Below are positions 50,417 to 59,683 of a stretch of 64,000 nt of DNA, piece by piece. The DNA is taken from contig JBPOID010000005.1 of NCBI GenBank assembly GCA_052034805.1, forward strand, positions 119,985 through 183,984, given 5' to 3'. The notes beneath the pieces were generated by a model. It did no database searches. It was not told the DNA's origin and worked only from the letters and a program-made list of their open reading frames with translations. Each line of letters begins with the position of its first letter. Positions within the stretch are counted from its first letter, which is position 1. Position numbers and translations under genes: made by a program. The DNA comes from Candidatus Tayloriibacteriota bacterium. GTDB lineage: Bacteria > Patescibacteriota > Minisyncoccia > Phycocordibacterales > PALSA-1337.

Positions 50417-50508
50417 TGGCGGAGGGAGTGGGATTCGAACCCACGGTTCCGTTTAAAGGGAACGACAGTTTAGTAAACTGTTGATTTAAACCACTCATCC
50501 ATCCCTCC
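50417..50508 (-). tRNA. class II (long variable arm) Ser-type tRNA with apparent anticodon ACU and encoded CCA
   Basis: The reverse complement reads GGAGGGATGGATGAGTGGTTTAAATCA-ACAGT-TTACTAA-ACTGT-CGTTCCCTTTAAACGGAACC-GTGGGTTCGAATCCCAC-TCCCTCC-G-CCA. All stems are Watson-Crick. Confidence 0.6.
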
Positions 50509-50610
50509 TTGGGATTTATAAAATATAGCATTTATATAGATTTTTACCAATTATTTGGAAAAAATATAAAATGATAAAGACAACAGAATAATTTTATGCT
50601 TTTTATAGCT

Positions 50611-51939
50611 TTATGGATTTTGGACTATTCCCATGAATAGAATTTCATTTGTCTGATTATCTCGAATTGCAAAAAAGAATGGGTGATTTACTTCCATATA
50701 GAATTTATCTTGTGACGGAGCAACTGATGTCGTCATTACACCAACACTTGTGACTGCTGCGGCTTCGGTACCCTCTTCGTTCACATCAACATAACTTTTA
50801 TGTTTTACTTCGCTTATTTTCAATTCTTTACCTATACCCAATAAATCAGCATTGTCACTAAAAGCTATACCCATTCCAAGATTACTGAGAATATCTTTCA
50901 ATTGTTTTTCATAATCCATCTTAAATCTTGGAAGTAGAATCATACCATCCTTATCTTTATACCCACTCATCCACCCATCCCATTTTTCTGAAGTCAAAGT
51001 AGAAACAAAAGTATCGACATTTTTGGGCAAGAAAACATACATACTTATTCTCTTATTGTCACCATATGTAAGATTTACACTCTGAAAATCAGCTGTTTCA
51101 AGGTATGGAAGCATTCCACTCTTCTTCATTAGTGGAGTCGATTTTGAAGATCCATCTGCAACTGTAAATGGTCTATTTTGTGTAAGTTTTTTATCAAACT
51201 CCTTAGTCCAACTTCCTTTAAAGTAGACTGCATTGATAATATACATAACCATGTCTGAAGGAATTGAATTTACGATTGTCGGTATCTTTCCATTAGTATT
51301 TTTACTTACCCATGAGTTTATAGTCTTAATTGAATTTATATTGTTAAAATCAAGAGTTGAACTTTCTGCATTGTAATAGTTCTTTAATGTATCAATAAAA
51401 TTCTGATTTAAATTTACTCCCTTTCGTGCCCATACTGAATTAGCGATAGATAATTGTGTCTTTTTATCAATATTTTTTAGAATATTTATTAAACCCAAAC
51501 TTTCTTGATTGAGGTTATTAATATCAATACCTTGAGTATGTAAAGTATTTTGTATTACATTTTTTGTCTCCCCATTTGCTCCGTTGTATACCATTGAAAT
51601 AGCAAGGGCAATACTAGATGGAGAAATAAAAATGTTTTTATTAACTTCGTCTTTTTTTATTGATTTAATTAGATCAAAACCAAAGGCATTATGAGCTTTA
51701 GGAATATTCTTGGGTGTTTGAGAAATTCCTGGCTTTGAAATAGAATCTTGTATTGGCTTTTTAGAATCGTCATTTGTAACGGGTAAATTTTGAGTTTCTG
51801 AGATCTGTTCTGAATTATCTATAGGAACAGGTGGCTCTATTTTTTTATTTTTATAAAAATACACACCACTACCAATCGCTAATAAAGCAATAATTCCAAG
51901 GATAACGGGTACGATAAAACCTTTGTTTTGATTTTTCAT
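50611..51939 (-). CDS. serpin (serine protease inhibitor) with N-terminal membrane anchor/signal
   Basis: It has the serpin core (NAVYFKGSWTKEFD; reactive-centre-loop hinge GTEAAAVTSV; C-terminal FFFAIRDNQTNEILFMGIVQNP). Confidence 0.8.
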   Translation of the reverse strand: MKNQNKGFIVPVILGIIALLAIGSGVYFYKNKKIEPPVPIDNSEQISETQNLPVTNDDSKKPIQDSISKPGISQTPKNIPKAHNAFGFDLIKSIKKDEVNKNIFISPSSIALAISMVYNGANGETKNVIQNTLHTQGIDINNLNQESLGLINILKNIDKKTQLSIANSVWARKGVNLNQNFIDTLKNYYNAESSTLDFNNINSIKTINSWVSKNTNGKIPTIVNSIPSDMVMYIINAVYFKGSWTKEFDKKLTQNRPFTVADGSSKSTPLMKKSGMLPYLETADFQSVNLTYGDNKRISMYVFLPKNVDTFVSTLTSEKWDGWMSGYKDKDGMILLPRFKMDYEKQLKDILSNLGMGIAFSDNADLLGIGKELKISEVKHKSYVDVNEEGTEAAAVTSVGVMTTSVAPSQDKFYMEVNHPFFFAIRDNQTNEILFMGIVQNP

Positions 51940-52048
51940 ATTGATAATACTATACCATAAGAAAATCCTTAGAGATAACCAATTCTGAGATGGAGGGATT
52001 CATCTTCAACTCTCACCTTCGCTGTCTATCGGGTTCGAACTGCTGTTG

Positions 52049-52135
52049 CGGAGACGGAGGGATTCGAACCCTCGAGGCCGTTTAAAGCCTGCCTCTTTAG
52101 CAAAGAGGTATGTTAAACCACTCCACCACGTCTCC
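52049..52135 (-). tRNA. tRNA-Ser (anticodon GCU), class II
   Basis: The reverse complement reads GGAGACGTGGTGGAGTGGTTTAACAT-A-CCTCT-TTGCTAA-AGAGG, then a long variable arm, then AGGGTTCGAATCCCT-CCGTCTCC-G. Confidence 0.8.
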
Positions 52136-52167
52136 AATATTCTCATATTATATCGTATAATGACCGA

Positions 52168-54384
52168 ATGCAACCGAATTTATATATAAAAGACATAGCC
52201 AGATTAAACCAAATGCAGAAAAAAGCATTAGAGAAATTGGGTATAGAAAGTATCCATGATCTTCTTTATCATTTCCCTACTCGTTATGGTAATACATCAG
52301 AAACTAGAAATATTTCTTCATTGGCAAAGGGTGATAATGCTGTGGTTTTCGGAAAAATAAATAAATTAAAAACAAGTAAAGGTTTCAAAAGCAAAATACC
52401 GATGGCAGATGCATGGGTAGAAGATGAGAGCGGAAAGATTCATTGTGTTTGGTTCAATCAACCATATCTTGCAAAGATGACTAGAGAAGGAGCCATGGTA
52501 AGAATTGATGGGAAAATAAGTGAAAGAAAGAAAACTGGTGAATTATATTTTTCAAATCCAAAAATAGAAATGGTAGACAAATTACCAATAGGTGTTGGAG
52601 AATCACTTTTTGGTAAAGAAGGAGAAAGTCATACTCTATATCCGGTGTATCCAGAATCTCGCGGTATAACTTCGAATTGGTTATATCATAAAATAATGGA
52701 TATTTTTAAAAGTGGAATTCTGGATGAAATAATTGATCCAATTCCTAGAGAAATATTAGATAAATATAATTTACCGACATTAAAGACTGCTCTTATATGG
52801 ATTCATACACCTATAAAAAACGAAGACGCTATATCAGCAAGAAAAAGATTTGCTTTTGAAGAGATTTTCTTTATTCAATTAGAAAAACAAATAGCGAGAA
52901 AAGAATATGAAAAGAATGGAGCATTTATAATAAATAAAGAAGAAAAAGAAATAAATGAATTTATAAAAAGATTCCCATTTGAAGCTACAGAAGCTCAGAG
53001 AAAATCTATAAATACAATATTAGAAGATTTCAAAAAGGGTCATGCTATGTCTAGATTGCTCGAAGGAGATGTAGGATCTGGGAAAACTGCAGTAGCTGCT
53101 ACTACAGCTTATTCTATCGTTACGACTAGACCCAAGGATAGGAAATTCGGTAGTTTGCAAGTCGCCTATATGTGCCCCACCGAAATATTAGCAATGCAAC
53201 ATTTTGAATCATTTATAAAATACTTTGAATATTTAGGAATACAAATCGGCCTCATAACAGGAAGTGGTTGTAGAAAATTCCCTTCGAAAATAAATCCAAA
53301 AGGTTGGACAGATATATCTCGCGCTCAACTTTTAAAATGGGTAGAAAACGGAGAAATATCAATAGTTATAGGTACTCATGCTCTTATACAGAAATCTGTG
53401 AAATTCCGTGATCTTGCTTATGTCATTATAGATGAGCAACATAGATTCGGACTAAAACAAAGAGCAGATCTAGTACAAAAAGAATTATTAAAATTATCAA
53501 AAAAATCCATAAATGATAATTCTATAAAAATATATAATCAAACCCCGCATTTATTATCAATGACAGCAACTCCAATACCCCGAACATTGGCTCTTACTAT
53601 ATACGGTGATCTAGATCTTACATTATTAGATCAAATGCCTCATGGTAGAAAACCAATAATCACAGAAATAGTATTACCAAATAAAAGAGATGAGGTATAT
53701 GAAAAAATAAAAATAGAATTAATATCAGGTAGACAAATATATGTAATTTGCCCAAGAATAGACGAAGCAGATCCAACAAAAGAAATGGCATTAAATGCAA
53801 AATCAGTAAAAGAAGAAGCAAAAAGATTAAAGAAGGATGTATTCAAAGAATATGAAATAGGCATACTTCATAGCAAAATGAAACCAAAAGAAAAAGATAA
53901 AGTAATGCTTGATTTCAAATCAGGAAGAACACATATACTATGTGCAACTTCTGTAGTCGAAGTCGGAGTAAATGTAGAGAATGCCACAACTATAGTTATA
54001 GAAGGCGGGGAAAGATTCGGACTTGCTCAATTACATCAATTAAGAGGTCGTGTTATAAGATCAAATCATCAGGCTTATTGTTATGTATTCGCAGATACAA
54101 AATCAGAAAAAACTTATGATAGATTGCAAGCATTAAAAACAGCAAAAAATGGTTTTGAACTTGCAGAATATGATCTAAAATTCCGAGGCGCAGGAGAATT
54201 ATCAGGAGGAAAACAATGGGGAGTGTCGGATATAGCCATGGAAGCATTAAAAAATATAAAAATGGTAGAACTCGCAAGAGAAGAAGCTAAAGGATTAATA
54301 GAAAAAGATATCTCATTATCGAGATATCCTAATCTTAGAGAAAATTTGAAATTAAGAGAGTCTGACAGAAAGCATTTTGAATAG
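52168..54384 (+). CDS. recG: ATP-dependent DNA helicase RecG
   Basis: It has the wedge domain and SF2 helicase motifs (GDVGSGKT, DEQHRFG, TATPIPRTL, QLHQLRGRVIR). Confidence 0.9.
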   Translation: MQPNLYIKDIARLNQMQKKALEKLGIESIHDLLYHFPTRYGNTSETRNISSLAKGDNAVVFGKINKLKTSKGFKSKIPMADAWVEDESGKIHCVWFNQPYLAKMTREGAMVRIDGKISERKKTGELYFSNPKIEMVDKLPIGVGESLFGKEGESHTLYPVYPESRGITSNWLYHKIMDIFKSGILDEIIDPIPREILDKYNLPTLKTALIWIHTPIKNEDAISARKRFAFEEIFFIQLEKQIARKEYEKNGAFIINKEEKEINEFIKRFPFEATEAQRKSINTILEDFKKGHAMSRLLEGDVGSGKTAVAATTAYSIVTTRPKDRKFGSLQVAYMCPTEILAMQHFESFIKYFEYLGIQIGLITGSGCRKFPSKINPKGWTDISRAQLLKWVENGEISIVIGTHALIQKSVKFRDLAYVIIDEQHRFGLKQRADLVQKELLKLSKKSINDNSIKIYNQTPHLLSMTATPIPRTLALTIYGDLDLTLLDQMPHGRKPIITEIVLPNKRDEVYEKIKIELISGRQIYVICPRIDEADPTKEMALNAKSVKEEAKRLKKDVFKEYEIGILHSKMKPKEKDKVMLDFKSGRTHILCATSVVEVGVNVENATTIVIEGGERFGLAQLHQLRGRVIRSNHQAYCYVFADTKSEKTYDRLQALKTAKNGFELAEYDLKFRGAGELSGGKQWGVSDIAMEALKNIKMVELAREEAKGLIEKDISLSRYPNLRENLKLRESDRKHFE

Positions 54385-54386
54385 GG

Positions 54387-55052
54387 TTAAGGGGTATCAC
54401 CCATACATAAATAATCATTCCAATAATCCCATTGAGCTGCAGCTCCTGAATATCTATTTTTACAAGAGACTGGGCTATTACCGAGTTCAAAATAATTATT
54501 ATAGAAACCACCATCATTTACAGCAGTATTATTATTTGTAGATTCTAATCTAACACTTAAACCATAAGTCTTTACACCTGTTGGGTTATAAGGTGAGCTA
54601 TTACTAAGAGGGACTTTATAAATATAATTATAATAAACACCATTTATCAACTGAGTTCTGGGTAGAGATTTAATATAAGGAGAAAGGGCTGTCTCGAATC
54701 TACACCATCTGCCACCTACAGAATCCGCACGACCTTCGCCAGAAGCTCCAACAGCACCGAAACCACAACCATTGACACCAGCATATTCTAAAGCACTATC
54801 TGGTGAACGCATAAACGTATTCTCATTACTTGAATATCCTGGATAATCTCCACCGTGATCATCTGCATATAATTCAATTGCATTCTGTATTTGCCTTAAC
54901 GCCGCTATTCTCTGGGCATCTCTTGCTTTTATTCTTGTTGTATTTAGAGTAGCCAAAACAACTGAAGATAGTAAACCTATTATAGAAATAACTACCAAAA
55001 GCTCTATAAGGGTAAATCCTTTATTTCTTGAAAAATAAAAATTCCTTTTCAT
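54387..55052 (-). CDS. prepilin-type pseudopilin (GspG-like), stand-alone
   Basis: It has the prepilin leader KGFTLIELLVVISIIGLLSSV and an ARDAQRIAALRQIQNAIELY helix. Confidence 0.6.
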   Translation of the reverse strand: MKRNFYFSRNKGFTLIELLVVISIIGLLSSVVLATLNTTRIKARDAQRIAALRQIQNAIELYADDHGGDYPGYSSNENTFMRSPDSALEYAGVNGCGFGAVGASGEGRADSVGGRWCRFETALSPYIKSLPRTQLINGVYYNYIYKVPLSNSSPYNPTGVKTYGLSVRLESTNNNTAVNDGGFYNNYFELGNSPVSCKNRYSGAAAQWDYWNDYLCMGDTP

Positions 55053-55109
55053 TGGCTTGATTATACTATATATATAATTCCTTGAGAAGTAATTCTGTTT
55101 ATATCTTTG

Positions 55110-55183
55110 TGCGCCCTCTAGGATTCGAACCTAGGACCCCAGAGGTATAAGCTCTGTGCTCTAACCAACTGAGCTAAGGGCGC
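55110..55183 (-). tRNA. tRNA-Ile (apparent anticodon UAU)
   Basis: The reverse complement reads GCGCCCTTAGCTCAGTTGGTTAGAGCA-CAGAG-CTTATAC-CTCTG-GGGTC-CTAGGTTCGAATCCTAG-AGGGCGC-A. Confidence 0.7.
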
Positions 55184-55217
55184 ATTTTGTGCATTGGTTA
55201 ATTGCACATAATTTATA

Positions 55218-57143
55218 TCATATTTGATGCTCTATATCCAATTTTTTCTTTGGTTGTATACCATGAGCAATTATTATACTCTCATATTCATCTCTTTCAA
55301 TAGTCTCAACATCTATTAGTCTTTTTGCTATTGCATCTAGAGCTTGGCGGTATTTCACAACTATATTTTCTGCTTTTTTATACGCTTCAGACATAATACG
55401 CGCAACTTCTTCATCTATATCGGAACTTATTTTTTCGGAATATTCTTTATCTTCTATTCCCTTTCCGAACATTGCTCTACCACCAGAATTTTCTAAAGCA
55501 AGTACACCTATTTTCTCTGACATACCGTATTTGGTTACCATATCTCTAGCCAATGCAGTTGAGACTTGCAAATCATTTGATGGTCCTGTAGTAACATCAT
55601 CGAACATCATTTTCTCTACTACATATCCACCCAGAGAAACAGCTATATCATCTAGAAATTCTTTTTTACTTTGCAATTTCCTATCTTCTAATGGCAAATG
55701 TAGAGTATAACCAGCGGCACGACCACGAGAGATGATTGATATTTTATGAACAGGATCAGCGAAAGGAAGAACAGATGCTACTAGAGCATGACCAGCTTCA
55801 TGATATGCTGTTATTTCTTTTTCTTTCTTTGAAAGAAGATGACTCTTTCTCTCTGGACCAAGCATTACTTTTTCTATAGCTCTTATAAGATCATATTGAG
55901 AAACTTTTGTTCTGTCTTCACGCGCAGCGAAAATCGCACCTTCATTCATAAGAGAATATAGATCAGCTCCAGAGAAACCAGGAGTTCTTTCTGCTATAAC
56001 ACGCAATACAACATCTTCTGCAAATGGCTTTTTCTCAGAATGAATTTTTAATATTTCTTCTCTATCATTTCTATCTGGCAAATCTATAGTAACTCTTCTG
56101 TCGAATCTTCCAGGACGTAATAGAGCTGGATCCAATACATCAGGTCTATTCGTAGCAGCCATGACTATAACTTTTTCATTTGGTTCAAATCCATCCATTT
56201 CTACAAGTATTTGATTCAAAGTCTGTTCCCTTTCATCATTTCCTCCACCAACTCCGGCACCTCTTATACGTCCTACTGCATCTATTTCATCAACGAAAAT
56301 AATAGACGGTGCAGCTTCTTTTGCCATTTTAAATAAATCTCTAACACGACTAGCACCGACACCTACGAACATTTCTACGAATTCTGATCCAGATATAGAA
56401 AAGAAAGCCACATTCGCTTCTCCGGCAACCGCACGAGCAAGCAAGGTCTTTCCAGTTCCAGGTGCACCCATAAGAAGTATTCCCTTTGGTATCACCGCAC
56501 CTATTTCTAGGAATTTTTTTGGATTTTTTAGAAAATCTACTATTTCTGAAAGTTCTTGTTTAGCTTCTTTTGCACCCGCCACATTCTTAAACGTTACTCT
56601 TTGCTTTTTATCATCTGGCATTGTTATACGCGCCTTGGATTGGCCAAAAGAAAAAGCTTGCAATCCGGTACCTCTAACTTGTCTAGATAAAAACCATATA
56701 ATAAAGAATAGAAAAATAATAGGCAAAAGAAATGGAATAATCTGTCCCATCCAAAACCAGAATCCACTAGGACCTTCTATAGAAGTTTTCACTGCATTTA
56801 ATTTCTCAGGAGTAAGACCGTATCTAGTGAAAGTTTCTGTAATAGAAGAATCTGATTCTTTCTTTGAATTCTTTATAGTTTTATCTTGATAAGTAGCTAC
56901 TATATCATCACCCTTTACTACTAGAGTAGAAACCTTTCCCATACCGACATCATGAACAAGTTCTGATATTGGTATTATGACATTATTTGAATTCTGTTCA
57001 GATGCAACAGAATACACACTAGATACAATAAATAAGAAAAACAGTATCAAGAAAATAGAATTGATAAATCTAATGCGACTGGTTTTCTTTTGATTCTTTC
57101 CCTTTTTTCCATCATTATGAATAGGATTGTCTTGTTTTCTCAT
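55218..57143 (-). CDS. ftsH: ATP-dependent zinc metalloprotease FtsH
   Basis: It has two N-terminal TM helices, the AAA+ module ([17 protein letters not shown]; SRH), and the HEAGH zinc motif. Confidence 0.9.
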   Translation of the reverse strand: MRKQDNPIHNDGKKGKNQKKTSRIRFINSIFLILFFLFIVSSVYSVASEQNSNNVIIPISELVHDVGMGKVSTLVVKGDDIVATYQDKTIKNSKKESDSSITETFTRYGLTPEKLNAVKTSIEGPSGFWFWMGQIIPFLLPIIFLFFIIWFLSRQVRGTGLQAFSFGQSKARITMPDDKKQRVTFKNVAGAKEAKQELSEIVDFLKNPKKFLEIGAVIPKGILLMGAPGTGKTLLARAVAGEANVAFFSISGSEFVEMFVGVGASRVRDLFKMAKEAAPSIIFVDEIDAVGRIRGAGVGGGNDEREQTLNQILVEMDGFEPNEKVIVMAATNRPDVLDPALLRPGRFDRRVTIDLPDRNDREEILKIHSEKKPFAEDVVLRVIAERTPGFSGADLYSLMNEGAIFAAREDRTKVSQYDLIRAIEKVMLGPERKSHLLSKKEKEITAYHEAGHALVASVLPFADPVHKISIISRGRAAGYTLHLPLEDRKLQSKKEFLDDIAVSLGGYVVEKMMFDDVTTGPSNDLQVSTALARDMVTKYGMSEKIGVLALENSGGRAMFGKGIEDKEYSEKISSDIDEEVARIMSEAYKKAENIVVKYRQALDAIAKRLIDVETIERDEYESIIIAHGIQPKKKLDIEHQI

Positions 57144-57241
57144 ATACTCTGATTATACATAAAAGTAGAAGAAAATAAAGAAAATCTGCTATACTTTATC
57201 TATAATTAGATATATAAATAGATAAATAAATAATTTAATAA

Positions 57242-57688
57242 ATGGCAATCTTAATAGAAAATAAAAAAATAAATCTTGATTATGAAATACTAGAAACCTT
57301 TGAGGCGGGTATTGAATTATTAGGATTAGAAGTCAAAAGTCTACGCGCACATCATGGTTCCCTATTGGGCTCACATATATCAGTACGTGGCGGTGAATCA
57401 TTCCTTATTGCCACAGAAATACCTCCATATCAAGAAAAAAATACTCCAAAAGAATACGATAGCAAACGCAATCGTAGATTATTATTGGCAAAAGCAGAAA
57501 TAGAAAAATTATCTTCATTAGAATCAAAGAAAGGTTTGACAATAGTGCCTATTTCAATGTATAATAAAGGCGATAAGATAAAAGTAGAAATAGCAGTAGT
57601 ACGCGGTAAAAAGAAATACGACAAACGCGAAACGATAAAGAAGCGCGATACAGACCGTGAGCTACGTAGAGAGTTTCGAGATCGTTGA
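57242..57688 (+). CDS. smpB: SsrA-binding protein SmpB
   Basis: The SmpB fold sequence is present. The gene lies immediately upstream of ssrA. Confidence 0.85.
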   Translation: MAILIENKKINLDYEILETFEAGIELLGLEVKSLRAHHGSLLGSHISVRGGESFLIATEIPPYQEKNTPKEYDSKRNRRLLLAKAEIEKLSSLESKKGLTIVPISMYNKGDKIKVEIAVVRGKKKYDKRETIKKRDTDRELRREFRDR

Positions 57689-57712
57689 CAATAGAAGAAA
57701 ATTGGAATTGAC

Positions 57713-57932
57713 ATCTTGCGTGCGCAGTAAACTTTCTTTTTATCGACAAGCGACTAAAAAGAAAGTTCTGCGCACCGTGCCAAGTCTCAATTTTCTAGAT
57801 TACGTATTAGAAAATCGTGTGAGCCGACGGGGAGGAAGTCTTTTTCTTTACGAGTGTACGGAGTAAAGAAAAAAGCTTCCGACCGCAAGATCGGCGAACC
57901 GATTTTCTTAGTAGCCAAGTCCAATTTTCTTA
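57713..57932. ncRNA. candidate structured non-coding element, copy 2 (between smpB and ssrA)
   Basis: It contains ATCTTGCGTGCG, a 21-bp hairpin (TGCGCAG...AAACTTTCTTTTTA / TAAAAAGAAAGTT...CTGCGCA), and CACCGT. Then AGAAAATCGTGTGAG is followed by nested helices (GCCGA/TCGGC; GGAAGTCTTTTTCTTTAC/GTAAAGAAAAAAGCTTCC), CGATTTTCT, and CAATTTTC. The architecture matches 34336-34541. Confidence 0.35.
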
Positions 57933-57945
57933 AGACATTAATTAT

Positions 57946-58366
57946 GGGGATGAAAGGCCTCGACAGTTGAGGTTCCATATAATATGCGATACAGAGCACC
58001 GTTAACTCTCAAATCTGACGGAAACGCTAATTGCAAATACAACATTAGCTAAGGTAAAGTCCGCTGTGTCTCCATTTTTTGGAACACAAGATTTTGCTTT
58101 CGCTTACTCTGCTTAAAAACAGACTAAACGACACCGATCGCTTCGCATCAGAAGTGGCGTGAGGTGATATAACCTCTGATTAGGATTATAGACTCTTCCC
58201 TGTTTATAATCCGAAAAATTGGGAATAGCTTCTATATATTCTTGTATGTTTGAGAGTATAGAAGTGAAATGATTCGCCGGTAAGCGAATCTTAAAGCATA
58301 CTAAGTATTGTAGAAATATTATATGTCTTCATCTGCACCTGGGTTCGACTCCCAGCATCTCCACCA
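57946..58366 (+). ncRNA. ssrA: tmRNA (transfer-messenger RNA)
   Basis: The 5-prime GGGGATG pairs with the 3-prime CATCTCC, followed by ACCA. The tRNA-like T-arm GGTTCGACTCC is present. An internal ORF runs from GCA to TAA and encodes ANTTLAKVKSAVSPFFGTQDFAFAYSA*. The gene is adjacent to smpB. Confidence 0.85.
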
Positions 58367-58375
58367 ACAATAAAA

Positions 58376-58402
58376 GCACCTCAAAAAGGTGTTTTTGTTT
58401 TT
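58376..58402 (+). terminator. rho-independent terminator after ssrA
   Basis: The hairpin gcacctcaaaaaggtgt is followed by ttttgttttt. Confidence 0.5.
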
Positions 58403-58465
58403 AGATAAAGAACACTACACCATAATCATGATATAATTTCATTACTTATTTAATAAAAAAATAAT

Positions 58466-59098
58466 ATGGATACTATTGAATTCAAAAATCAAAAAGCACC
58501 AAAAAGTAAAACGATTTTAAATATTGTAATTCTTTTAATATTATTATTTCTAATTTTCCTAAACGGAGATACTAGAAAAGGAATTGAATTAGCAATGTCT
58601 GATTATTCACAATTCCTCATATTAATGAAGACTATATTGATAGGAGGTCCATGTATTGCAATTATTTCATATTTATTTTTCTTTAAAAAAATACACAATA
58701 CTTTTAGCATAGATAATCAAGGTATAAATCTAAATAATAGAAAAGTATTATGGAATGATGTAAAGAATTGGCATATGTTGGGCGATTCTCAGGATGAACG
58801 TACCGGACTTGGATCAATAAAGAAAACAGGAGGATTCGATATTGTAAACCCTTATATTGGAATGAATATATTTGTTATAAAGACTAAATCTGGTTTTCTA
58901 AATAAAACAGTCAGACTACAATTATCACAGGACAGATGTGATGAATTTACCAAAATATTAAAAGATCATAATCTTGAAAGAGAAACTAAAATGAGAATGT
59001 ATCTTACAAATATAAGTCCTCTATTTATTTTATTATTTTTAATACCCTTTGGATTAATGGCATTGGTATTTATCTGGGGAGCGTTTATGAATAGATAA
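58466..59098 (+). CDS. hypothetical membrane protein (TM-PH-like-TM arrangement)
   Basis: It is 210 aa with N-terminal and C-terminal TM helices flanking a soluble domain. No family was recognised. Confidence 0.3.
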   Translation: MDTIEFKNQKAPKSKTILNIVILLILLFLIFLNGDTRKGIELAMSDYSQFLILMKTILIGGPCIAIISYLFFFKKIHNTFSIDNQGINLNNRKVLWNDVKNWHMLGDSQDERTGLGSIKKTGGFDIVNPYIGMNIFVIKTKSGFLNKTVRLQLSQDRCDEFTKILKDHNLERETKMRMYLTNISPLFILLFLIPFGLMALVFIWGAFMNR

Positions 59099-59152
59099 GA
59101 AAACACCGCTGGGTAAAACCATGCGGTGTGTTAGATAAAGGATGAACAAAAA

Positions 59153-59683
59153 TTATTCACCTTTCGGCACTCTCACCAAGAGAAAGCGTGCCCAGTCAGG
59201 CCAGTCTACCCAGACTAGATCCATGCACACGTCTAGTTTCCCTGGAGTAGCGTAGTTGAGAATCGGTGCTGCGTTACCACAGACTGCGTCATAGCTGTAA
59301 CGCTTATTCTCATCTTTTGGGTTTGGACCCAGAGCGATAACTTTAGCGTCGGTGAATTTTGTATGTAAATACCAACTCACCAACTGACGAAGACTGGCAG
59401 TTTGCCAACCTAGGTCGCGAGCACGCCGTTTGATGTTCGGACTGTCATCTTTACTACGAGGATAAACGATAACAGCTTCCAGTTCGTAACTATTGGTGGG
59501 AACTCCGTCTTCAGCGTCAAACTTTCGCATATCTGCCAACTTTAAGCCTCGATCAGTTCCAACTGAATCGAACAATGGCACAATGAATTCATCAATAGGA
59601 TTAGTCAGTACGGGAAAACGGAAGTTTCCACAGACGATCAAACCATGATCATTAAGTTCATTGATATCGATAGTGATTTTCAT
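59153..59683 (-). CDS. hypothetical protein encoded in a GC-rich (atypical composition) islet downstream of ssrA
   Basis: It is a 176-aa ORF with clearly higher GC content than its surroundings. No family was recognised. Confidence 0.4.
   Translation of the reverse strand: MKITIDINELNDHGLIVCGNFRFPVLTNPIDEFIVPLFDSVGTDRGLKLADMRKFDAEDGVPTNSYELEAVIVYPRSKDDSPNIKRRARDLGWQTASLRQLVSWYLHTKFTDAKVIALGPNPKDENKRYSYDAVCGNAAPILNYATPGKLDVCMDLVWVDWPDWARFLLVRVPKGE

Noticed and set aside
51960-52048. A possible plus-strand tRNA suggested by GGGTTCGAAC at ~52031.
   Set aside because: No acceptor or anticodon stems can be built around it. It appears to be a degenerate partial copy (ggagggattca...) of the adjacent tRNA-Ser(GCU) 3-prime region.
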